Shown piece by piece: positions 20,312-28,326 of a stretch of 64,000 nucleotides of DNA. The stretch is from an uncultured Verrucomicrobiae bacterium (GTDB taxonomy: Bacteria; Verrucomicrobiota; Verrucomicrobiia; Opitutales; JABDGR01). Every line of letters starts with the position of its first letter. Position 1 is the stretch's first letter. Position numbers and translations under genes: made by a program. The DNA is taken from the NCBI GenBank assembly GCA_963765205.1, contig CAVXVB010000005.1, forward strand, positions 32,001 to 96,000, in the 5' to 3' direction. The notes below the pieces were generated by a model. It saw only the letters and a program-made list of their open reading frames with translations, ran no database searches and had not been told where the DNA came from.

Positions 20312-20364
20312 TTAACCCCCTCCCCCAAACCCAATCAACCCCAAAAGAGCAAATTCCTTTCAGT
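20312..20364 (+). repeat. 53-bp repeat, copy 5
   Basis: Identical to 16313-16365. Confidence 0.95.
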
Positions 20365-21382
20365 AGTTAGTCCGCGCGCGTCTGACCCCATGCAGAAGTT
20401 CCCCAATGACAAAGCGATTCCAGTGGACCCGAGACAGGCCGTTGACGGTTTCGCCGTCAAAGCCATCAATGTCGAGACCCGCCTGATAACATCGGTCACT
20501 GTAAGCCGCAGCCTCCGCTTCGCTTTCAAAAATCAGGTAAGCACAGTCTTTCGGTGGCACCAGCCGGGGGGCGTAATCTATCATTTTTTTTCCCCACCTT
20601 CGCCCGAAAATTTCACGCATTCCTTCTTTGAAATTTGAGGTGATGCCAAGGGCGTTCGCCATCATGGCTTTTTGAATCTTGAACATCCGCGCGCCAGGAC
20701 TCTCCCACCGGAATGGCAGCATTTTCGCACGCGGGAATTTCCGGCCATAGTTGTAGCAGCGTGGCCGTCTCTGCTTGCCAACGGGAGGATCCTTCATTTG
20801 GGCTTTAGAAATGTAGTTCGAGATGTAGCCAGCCAGGTTGCCCGCCTTCCCGGGTCGGACAGGTTCAGCGAGCCAGCGACCAAGTCCACGGTATCGTCTC
20901 CCTGGCTTTTTTTTGCTGCACCAGGGTTTACGAACCGCTCGTTTCAGCGCATCGTGAACCTTCCTCATCGGTGTCCCACGAGGAACCGCCAAGTCGTAGA
21001 GCTTTTCCGCCTCACGATCAGGATGCCAGCGCAGCCGCTGCATCCGTTTTTTGTAGGCTTCCCAAGCGGCCCAGTTGAAACCCTCATTGAAGTCAATTCC
21101 ACGGGTGCTAAGGCCCACGCAATGGTCATGAACCCGGCCGTTTTGCTCGCCTTCTTCACGTGCACGGAAATAGCTCGTCAGGCCCATTTCTCCAAACAGG
21201 CCTGTCCTTACCCGGTTGAACACCTTGGACGCTTCCTCGTGGGTGGGAGGCCTGGTGGCACCGCCTTCCTGGACATCCAAGTAAGTGAAGGTGGCCACCA
21301 AGGCGGACCGGAAGAGGTTCACGGCCGTTTCGATGTTCTCGATGTTGGCTGCCCTGGACTTTACCTGGTAAGTCGAGCTCAC
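20360..21382 (-). CDS. Putative rolling-circle replication initiator (HUH endonuclease)
   Basis: FTY motif 1, E...NGRVHDH motif 2, YISNYISK motif 3; stop codon supplied by the repeat. Confidence 0.65.
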   Translation of the reverse strand: MSSTYQVKSRAANIENIETAVNLFRSALVATFTYLDVQEGGATRPPTHEEASKVFNRVRTGLFGEMGLTSYFRAREEGEQNGRVHDHCVGLSTRGIDFNEGFNWAAWEAYKKRMQRLRWHPDREAEKLYDLAVPRGTPMRKVHDALKRAVRKPWCSKKKPGRRYRGLGRWLAEPVRPGKAGNLAGYISNYISKAQMKDPPVGKQRRPRCYNYGRKFPRAKMLPFRWESPGARMFKIQKAMMANALGITSNFKEGMREIFGRRWGKKMIDYAPRLVPPKDCAYLIFESEAEAAAYSDRCYQAGLDIDGFDGETVNGLSRVHWNRFVIGELLHGVRRARTNY

Positions 21383-21444
21383 AATGCCCTCCCTCTTCCA
21401 CCCTGAGAACCGCTCGTTTGAGTTATGACTATTCTTACAAGGAA

Positions 21445-21499
21445 GGCCGTCGTCGGGCCGGGGGACGCGCGTAGCGCGTCCCCCGGCCCGACGACGGCC
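21445..21499. repeat. Perfect 26-bp inverted repeat, candidate double-strand origin
   Basis: GGCCGTCGTCGGGCCGGGGGACGCGC-GTA-GCGCGTCCCCCGGCCCGACGACGGCC upstream of the Rep gene. Confidence 0.7.
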
Positions 21500-21730
21500 A
21501 TTCCCGACGCCGCAATGAGTTCATTGCTCATGGCTTGCCTCCTTTCGCGGCTTGAACGAGTGCCAGGATGGCCGCGCGGACTTTCTCGGACAAGTTTGCC
21601 CAAGCTAAGACAACGTCCGACAGGTCTTCCCCAGGCTGGACAGAATTGAGTGGCCGAGGAAGTGAAACGCCTTTTTCTGCGACGGGCTTAACTGTCGCGC
21701 TTGGATTTGCTTCTAAAATCTTAGCTGAGG

Positions 21731-21757
21731 GTTCGAGTCCTGTTCCCCCACCACTTT
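21731..21757 (+). repeat. Attachment core, tRNA 3'-end duplicate (second copy)
   Basis: GTTCGAGTCCTGTTCCCCCACCACTTT; one indel and one mismatch versus 12253. Confidence 0.78.
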
Positions 21758-21826
21758 ACTCTCTGATAGTTAGAGGGTTAAGTTTTCCGCGAAGCTAAGT
21801 TGCCCAGTTGACGTGGCAACTCTAGC

Positions 21827-23011
21827 ATGAAACAGTCAACATTCGCGCTGACGCGATTTGAAAATCAGAGCGGTCTCCTCTCCTGGCGGGTGGAGGGAAG
21901 GCTGCATGGAATCCGCATTCGCAAGAACTTCCAAAGCCGCGAGGAGGCCGCCGCCGAAAAGGCCGCGTTGGAATTGAAATCCATGCAGGCCGCTTCGGGC
22001 CTGCGCATGACCACCACGTTTCTTACTGATGGGCAGTTGCGCGAGGCTGAGGCAGCCTACCAGCGTCTAATCGGCCAGCCGCGATCCCTGGCCTGCTACC
22101 TCGACTATGCGCTGACGAATTATCGCGCCCCGGAGTTGGAAGTGTCGCTGCCCGATGCGGCGGCTGAATACGTCGCCGCCAAGTGGGCAGAGTGCAAGCG
22201 GGGGCTGGTATCTGACCTCCAATGCCGTGCAATCAAGTGGGAATTGGAGAATCTCAAGAAGTGGTTCCCGGCGCACACAATGGCGAAATTCACGGCCGCT
22301 GCGCTGGTGCCTTACCTTGAACGGAATTCGCCGTGCCTGAAAACTTACAACAATCGGCGCGGGGTCCTCTCGACCTTCTTTAAGTTCGCCTTTCGGAAGG
22401 ATTGGGTTTTGACCAATCCAGTCGAAAAGACTCCGCACCATCGCATCAATCATCGGCGCGGTTCGGCGGTCACGATTACGGCGGAACAGGCGGGCAAGCT
22501 CATGGCTCATGTCGAAAGCATCAACGGCGGCGCGATGGTGCCGTATTTCGCGCTCTGCCTCTTTGCGGGCATCCGCCCCAATGTGAAGTTTGGAGAAATC
22601 AAGAAACTCCGGCCTGAGCATGTTCGTCTCGACACGGGCGTTATCCATATCGAGCCGGAAGTTTCCAAGGTGCGGATGAAACGGCATGTCACGATTCAAC
22701 CCAATCTTGCGATGTGGCTGCGGGCATATCCGCTGGAGAAGTTCCCCATCGTTCCAAAGAACATGACGAAAATGCGGGGTCGGGTTTTCGATGCATTCGG
22801 CCTGACGCATGATGTTCTGCGGCACACGTTTATTTCGATGTTCGTGGCAAAATTCCGTTCGATGGGCGAAGCCGCCCTGCAAGCGGGCAATTCGGAGAGC
22901 ATCATCCGCAAGCACTATCTCGACTTGAAAAACCCGTCTGAGGCGGAACGGTTTTTCAACATCGTGCCGCAGAGCGGCGAAAAGACGATTGCCTTCCCCA
23001 TTGCGGTTTAG
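21827..23011 (+). CDS. Tyrosine recombinase/integrase
   Basis: FAGIRP, SKVR, HDVLRH, GNS, KHY; 70 bp from the att core. Confidence 0.9.
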   Translation: MKQSTFALTRFENQSGLLSWRVEGRLHGIRIRKNFQSREEAAAEKAALELKSMQAASGLRMTTTFLTDGQLREAEAAYQRLIGQPRSLACYLDYALTNYRAPELEVSLPDAAAEYVAAKWAECKRGLVSDLQCRAIKWELENLKKWFPAHTMAKFTAAALVPYLERNSPCLKTYNNRRGVLSTFFKFAFRKDWVLTNPVEKTPHHRINHRRGSAVTITAEQAGKLMAHVESINGGAMVPYFALCLFAGIRPNVKFGEIKKLRPEHVRLDTGVIHIEPEVSKVRMKRHVTIQPNLAMWLRAYPLEKFPIVPKNMTKMRGRVFDAFGLTHDVLRHTFISMFVAKFRSMGEAALQAGNSESIIRKHYLDLKNPSEAERFFNIVPQSGEKTIAFPIAV

Positions 23012-23030
23012 CCGCAGTTGACTGGCTGGA

Positions 23031-23267
23031 ATGGGTATGGAAACACTACCAAAATCCCCTGTTCTCACCAATCAACTCACCGATGTCGTCGGGCTTCGCT
23101 TCTGCGGCATCTTCCCGACGGGCAAGGAACCGTCAATCCGCACGCTGCGCGAATGGACGAAGCTGCGGCGCATTCCATTCCACAAGGTCGGGCACTTCAT
23201 CTACTACGATGCTGCCGAGGTCGGAGTGCATATTCGCACCAAGCTGAAAGTTCCGGCGCGAGGCTGA
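23031..23267 (+). CDS. Excisionase-like DNA-binding protein
   Basis: SIRTLREW...RRIPFHKVG..IYYD winged-HTH pattern after the integrase. Confidence 0.65.
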   Translation: MGMETLPKSPVLTNQLTDVVGLRFCGIFPTGKEPSIRTLREWTKLRRIPFHKVGHFIYYDAAEVGVHIRTKLKVPARG

Positions 23268-23451
23268 CAATCCCTCGCCCTTACCTTTGACGCCGCGCTG
23301 GTTCTGCCAGCGCGGCGTCTTGCTTTTCAATTGTAAAAAAACGAACCGCCGGTTCGTTTTTCTAATTAGGACAACCGCCCGCCTGCGGAATGGTGACCCT
23401 ATTTTGAATGGGTGGATGGAGCTAAAATGGCGGTGTAACCCAATTCCACCT

Positions 23452-23736
23452 ATGAAATACACCAACGATGATTCATTCTTCACGGAACCACTCAACCCGG
23501 AGCAGGAGGCGCGTGCGCAAATGGTCGAGGCAATGGCGCAACTGCTACTCTGGGTTTCCCATGTCCCCAGCCTCGAAGATCGCGGCCTGCGGGCAACCGT
23601 CGTGCTCTTCTGCGTGCGGCCCGATTTGATTAACGGGGCGACCCTCGAACAAATCGGCCAATCGTCGGGACGAACCAAACAACACGTTTACAACCTGGTG
23701 CGGAGCTTTCGCCGGGCCACCGGCTTCAAGCCATGA
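23452..23736 (+). CDS. Hypothetical protein with C-terminal HTH
   Basis: TLEQIG..GRTKQHV; ATGA overlap with the next gene. Confidence 0.55.
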   Translation: MKYTNDDSFFTEPLNPEQEARAQMVEAMAQLLLWVSHVPSLEDRGLRATVVLFCVRPDLINGATLEQIGQSSGRTKQHVYNLVRSFRRATGFKP

Positions 23737-24308
23737 ACACCTCCATTGTTGTCGCCAGCGCCGAAGGCGAAATCAACCGGCTTCATGCGGAAGTCGTGCG
23801 ACTCTCCACTGAATCCAAACAATCGCTGCTCGGGGCGCTGGCGGCGGCATGGAAAGCAGGCGCCCTCTTGATTGAGGAAAAGCGGCGGGTTCGCCGCACG
23901 ATGGGGCCGGGCGCATGGTTGCTCTGGCTAGAGGAACGTTTCCACGGTTCGGACCGCACCGCACAGAAATATATGCGGTTGGCGCAGACTGTGGACGATT
24001 TCTCTAAACTTCAAGGAATGAGTCTGCGGCAGATTTATTTCCAATTGGGAATCGCAACGGAGCCAAAATCCCGGCTGGAATCGGCGCGGGCGCATCCGTT
24101 GCCTGCCCGCATTCTCCTGGCGGGCAAACTTGTGGAAGAAATTCGTCCGTGCCTGGACGCCCGCTTTGCCACGGCGGAACAGTGGGAATCCTGCCGCCGC
24201 GACCTGCGGCCATTATATGAACTACTGCGGCGTCTGTTCGAGACGGGTTCTGCGGGAAACGTTCTGAAAAAAGCCGGAATCATCCAAGTAAAGGCAAGCC
24301 GTCCGTAG
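23733..24308 (+). CDS. DUF3102-like protein
   Basis: G..L...K....PG.W..WL...F..S.RTAQ.YMRLA. Confidence 0.65.
   Translation: MNTSIVVASAEGEINRLHAEVVRLSTESKQSLLGALAAAWKAGALLIEEKRRVRRTMGPGAWLLWLEERFHGSDRTAQKYMRLAQTVDDFSKLQGMSLRQIYFQLGIATEPKSRLESARAHPLPARILLAGKLVEEIRPCLDARFATAEQWESCRRDLRPLYELLRRLFETGSAGNVLKKAGIIQVKASRP
24255..24290 (+). promoter_or_regulatory. Conserved box 1 (putative AraC site)
   Basis: GGAAACGTTCTGAAAAAAGCCGGAATCATCCAAGTA; similar at 31478 and 35060. Confidence 0.6.
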
Positions 24309-24322
24309 TAATCTAGCGGTTA

Positions 24323-25141
24323 ATGAAGAAGGTCGCAAATCACTCGGCAGGCGACGAATCGCTTTTGCGCCGATTGGCAGAAAACAGCAATGAATCCGCC
24401 ACCGTGGCGATGCTGATTCAGCTTTGCCGGGAATCGCCGCAACTGCGGCACTGGCTGTGGGAAGACTTTGGCCGGGAGGCTAAAGTGAGGGAGGATTTCG
24501 CCGAAATTGTGGGCAATCCTGCCGCGCCATCGGTGGGCCGATTTATCGAGTTGACAGAGGACGGCCCAGCGTGGCTGGAGGAGCGTCAGCGGTTGCGCGA
24601 GCAAATGCCCGCTGGCATCTACGGCGGTCTCAAGTGGGGCGAAGTCACGCGCTTAATTCGTCATTTCCAAGCGGGCACGATTGATCTCGGCGTTTTCCTG
24701 CTGGCCCATAGTTGGCGAAAAGACGGAAAGGCGTCGCCGCTTTTGCGGTGGGCCGGCCTTGAATTTCTTGAACGGGTCTTGCCGTCAGGCCGTCGCCGCT
24801 TGCTCGTGCATCTGGAAAGGGCGCTGGCCTTCGTCAACGGTTACAAGAATAAAGCCAACCGTCGCGCCATGCTCGGCCCTGCCGACCGCTGGAAAATGCA
24901 CGTCCTGTTCTACATGCTGCGGCATCCTGCCGCATCCTATCGCACCCGCGACCTCTGCGCCCATGTCAAAACGCTGGGGATGACGGTATCCGCAAGGGAG
25001 ATGCGGCGGTTCTGCGTTCGGCACCACATTCGTCGCGACATGCGCGCCGGCCGCCCGCCCAGAAAGCCCGGAGCCAAAGCCACGCCAAAATACTTCAATC
25101 CCACCGGCACGCGCAGAAAAAAGAAAGGCGGCGGCCCGTGA
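24323..25141 (+). CDS. Hypothetical protein
   Basis: 272-aa ORF after the conserved box; basic C-terminus. Confidence 0.6.
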   Translation: MKKVANHSAGDESLLRRLAENSNESATVAMLIQLCRESPQLRHWLWEDFGREAKVREDFAEIVGNPAAPSVGRFIELTEDGPAWLEERQRLREQMPAGIYGGLKWGEVTRLIRHFQAGTIDLGVFLLAHSWRKDGKASPLLRWAGLEFLERVLPSGRRRLLVHLERALAFVNGYKNKANRRAMLGPADRWKMHVLFYMLRHPAASYRTRDLCAHVKTLGMTVSAREMRRFCVRHHIRRDMRAGRPPRKPGAKATPKYFNPTGTRRKKKGGGP

Positions 25142-25289
25142 TTAACGAACCCACTTTCCTCCACCACACATCCATAACCGCGCCTCTTCCGCCGCAGTCA
25201 AGGTGGAGAGCGAAGCGGACCTTGACGGCGGCGATATAATTGAGGCGCGATGGGGTGGTGGTTAAAAGATACTGCGACTGCCAGTAATG

Positions 25290-26411
25290 CTAATGCGCCT
25301 CGCCCAGGTGTTTCAATTCGCGGTTCATCGCCGTCTTCAATTCGGTCTCGGTCGGCAAATGCAATTGGTAACGGCTCGTGAAAATCTTATTCTTCTGCTC
25401 GGGGCCAAGGGTGTATTTAACGACCGCATCGTTCTTGTCCGTGCACAGCACCAGCCCGAGGGTTGGGTTGTCGCCTGCCGTGCGAACCTCGCGGTCGAAG
25501 TAGTTTACATAAAGCTGGAGCTGGCCCAGATTTTCATGGGTGAGCTTTGCCACTTTCAAGTCCACCACCACATAGCACTTCAAAATTGTATGGTAGAAAA
25601 CGAGGTCAATATAGAAGTGGTCGCCATCGAGAGTGATGCGCTTCTGACGGGCAACAAAGGCAAATCCTTTGCCAAGTTCCAAAAGGAACGTTTGAAGGTT
25701 ATTGATGAGCGCCGTTTCAAGGTTGGCCTCAACGAGGCGCGGCGATTCCGGCAAGCCGAGGAATTCAATTACCATCGGGTCTTTGAAGAGATCCGCTGGC
25801 TGTTGGATTTCCTGGCCCTTAGTAGCGAGTTCAAGCACCCCGGCCTTGTCCTTGCTCTTTGACACCCGCTCAAACAGCAAACTGGCTATCTGTCGCTCAA
25901 GTTCACGGGCTGACCATGCGTTGGTCACGGCTTCTATTTCGTAGAAATTCCGTGTATTCACCGATTCGACCCGGAGTAACACCCGATATAGCGACCAAGA
26001 CAAAGAGGGGTGCCATTGGCCGGGTCGCCAAGATTGGTTACACACTGTGTAACCGATCTCAGTTTCGGTCGTTGCGGGCAGAGCATGGGCCGATTGGTTA
26101 CACAGTGTGTGACCAATCTGGCCTAACTGGAAACGCGGGTAATTGAGGTAGAATTGGCGGAAGAGTTTCAAATTGGTCGTGCTATAGCCTTGCGCAAACT
26201 CCTTCTGGAGCCGGACGGACAAGTCGGCTATGACTTTGTCGCCGTAGTTCGTTCCGTGAGCGCCCTTTTGCTCTTCCTCGACGATTTGTTGACCGATGAG
26301 CCAATTGGCCGCCACTTGGGCGGAATTGACCGACCGGGCAACCCCGGCCTGTGCTGATGCCAGGATGCGCCGGACTCGTTCAAAGATGGGGGAATGCTTG
26401 GTAGTGTTCAT
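25290..26411 (-). CDS. DUF1016/YhcG PD-(D/E)XK nuclease family protein
   Basis: NW.IG..IVEEEQ, LSWS.Y, WSARELERQI, KDP...EFL, LELGKGFAFV.RQ, IDLVFY, DLK, GQLQLYV. Confidence 0.9.
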   Translation of the reverse strand: MNTTKHSPIFERVRRILASAQAGVARSVNSAQVAANWLIGQQIVEEEQKGAHGTNYGDKVIADLSVRLQKEFAQGYSTTNLKLFRQFYLNYPRFQLGQIGHTLCNQSAHALPATTETEIGYTVCNQSWRPGQWHPSLSWSLYRVLLRVESVNTRNFYEIEAVTNAWSARELERQIASLLFERVSKSKDKAGVLELATKGQEIQQPADLFKDPMVIEFLGLPESPRLVEANLETALINNLQTFLLELGKGFAFVARQKRITLDGDHFYIDLVFYHTILKCYVVVDLKVAKLTHENLGQLQLYVNYFDREVRTAGDNPTLGLVLCTDKNDAVVKYTLGPEQKNKIFTSRYQLHLPTETELKTAMNRELKHLGEAH

Positions 26412-26503
26412 GGGAATTCAGGTGTTACAAGGCGCAAGTGCGCCCATACCCTGCTCTCCCCGTCAACTGGACCGGATTTCCATAGTCGGCCAATTGGCCG
26501 GAC

Positions 26504-26959
26504 TCATCCGATAAGTCCGGCGTCGCGGAAGCTATAAAAGCCCCTCCCTGAGGGGTCGTCGTCCTGGTGGCCGATGACGATATGGTCTAACAACTCGATA
26601 CCGATAATCTTGGATGCTTCATTCAATTGTCGCGTCACCTCCAAGTCGGCAGAACTTGGCGAAGGGTCGCCACTAGGATGATTGTGAACACACACTATGG
26701 CGGCGGCTGACGCCAATATCGCGATTCGGAATACCTCCCGAGGATGCGCCAGCGTTGAGGTAGCCGTTCCCAGCGTCACGCGGTTTCGGCAAATTGGCCG
26801 ATGCTTCCGATTAAGGCATACCACGTAAAAGCTCTCCTGCAAGGGAGCATCGTCGAAAGCTCCCCTCATGTATTCGACAATTCCCGGTGGGGTGTTGGTC
26901 ATCTCCTGATGACTGGTTCTTACCACCGTGTATTGAATGCTTGCTTCATAAACTTGCAT
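26504..26959 (-). CDS. radC: RadC-like JAB domain protein
   Basis: QESF, HPREVF, HNHPSGDP.PS.AD, LLDHIVIG. Confidence 0.9.
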   Translation of the reverse strand: MQVYEASIQYTVVRTSHQEMTNTPPGIVEYMRGAFDDAPLQESFYVVCLNRKHRPICRNRVTLGTATSTLAHPREVFRIAILASAAAIVCVHNHPSGDPSPSSADLEVTRQLNEASKIIGIELLDHIVIGHQDDDPSGRGFYSFRDAGLIG

Positions 26960-27217
26960 AGTTGGTGCGAAATCGCGCCAGTTCCGGTTCCGGCAACGTG
27001 CCGGGTTATCCAGTCAGCCCGATCTCGCCTCCATGGTCACGCCAAGGCAAAGCGCGCCCGGCCAAGTGGCCGGGCGCGCGTGGTGGAGGCGACGAAGGAG
27101 CACTACCTTGCCTGGCGTGATAAAATGGGGCGACAGAGGGCAGGCCCAGGCGGTTCAATTCAGTTGGCTAACTTTGCTCTCGCCTCGGATAGGCACCGTT
27201 AACGTGCCCACTGGACA

Positions 27218-27613
27218 TTAACTGTGTAGGGCCAGTTCTTTTTGGGCGGGGCTAAGCCATCTTACAAAGCGCTCAAATACCTCCCGTTGGTTATCGTTGA
27301 TTAGCGAGTCTCGTCCTCTGACTCCGTCCGCCACTTTTCTTTCCAAAGCCAATTTACCGGTATCCAAGGCTTCCTCGCGGGTCGCATAACTTTCATATTT
27401 CCCGGTTAACGGGCCGCCGTGGCCGGCGTAATTCCCGGTGTGGTAGGCATGTTCAGTTGCCATAATCCATCGTCCATTTTGGAGCCGGGTCACATGGATT
27501 TCTGCGGACAGGTATTTGTCTTTAAACGAAAGCACCTCGACCTGTTCGCGGTCAACGAATTCGTCACATGATTGCAGCAAATGCTGAGTATCTTCATTGG
27601 TGGATTGGTTCAT
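27218..27613 (-). CDS. Hypothetical leading-region protein
   Basis: 131-aa ORF co-oriented with radC, protein-like composition. Confidence 0.55.
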   Translation of the reverse strand: MNQSTNEDTQHLLQSCDEFVDREQVEVLSFKDKYLSAEIHVTRLQNGRWIMATEHAYHTGNYAGHGGPLTGKYESYATREEALDTGKLALERKVADGVRGRDSLINDNQREVFERFVRWLSPAQKELALHS

Positions 27614-28326
27614 GGGATCATGCGCCCGTGCGAACCCCGTCCGGGCTTCCTTGCCCGGTTATCAAGGCGCACTCCGCGCGCTGAACCGCGCAGTCACGCC
27701 TCGCCACCGACAAGGCCGCCGAGCGAGGAGCCTTGTTGCTCCTCGCGAGGGGGAAGGACGAAGGAGGGAATGGAGGAGCGCAGCGCAGCGAGAACTCCAT
27801 GGCGGGCGTGACAAAATGGGGCAGCGAGCGGAGGCGGGGCATTCTATTCAATTCATCTTTTCGTGGATGTCGCCCGATGTCGGTTTTGGTCTGTGTCCAT
27901 ATCGCATCAATTTGCGCCATTTTGCCAGGCTCAACGGGAGTCTCGGGCTGCGAGGCGCGGAGCCGGGCCGGAAGCCATAAGCTGCCGCCAAGTGGCGGCG
28001 AGCGGTGGCGGACGGCGGCGGAAGTGACTCGCGCCCGGGTCTCCCGGTCAGTGCCAGATTCATTCCGTCTGCTTCACGAGGGCGCGCCGATTAAGCGAAG
28101 CGCGGCGCGTTGTCGTGAGCGTCGGAATGGACGCAACTGCGAATGGCCGCCAAGTCCACTTTGAGCAGGCGATACCCTGCCCGGTTGACGGCGTTCCTTG
28201 GGTAACGGCGGGCGTCACTTACGCAACCTGAAACCTTACGCGAAGCGTTAAGGAGTAGGGCGTCCCCCTGAAAGAAAACGCGACTGCGCTTTCGTAACTA
28301 AACACTGCAAGTCAGACTTTATTGCC

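Larger units (their letters stand above)
12253..21757. mobile_element. ~9.5 kb integrative element (int, xis, HUH Rep) with nested IS91-like unit
   Basis: Bounded by direct att-core repeats; integrase at the left end; GGACA-rich motifs just inside both ends. Confidence 0.75.

Noticed and set aside
16313..20364. 53-bp repeats as a CRISPR array
   Set aside because: Inserts range from 0 to 2725 bp, the repeat is long and non-palindromic, and no cas genes are in the window
19967..20638. Intact 223-aa ABC protein
   Set aside because: Chimeric read-through; no Walker B or signature motif after the repeat
21648..21757. Complete tRNA gene
   Set aside because: Only the T-loop and CCA end are present; no 5' strand pairs with the acceptor stem. 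The same holds at 12253
28200..28326. Exact nic site of oriT
   Set aside because: Hairpins are present but I cannot match a MOBF nic consensus with confidence
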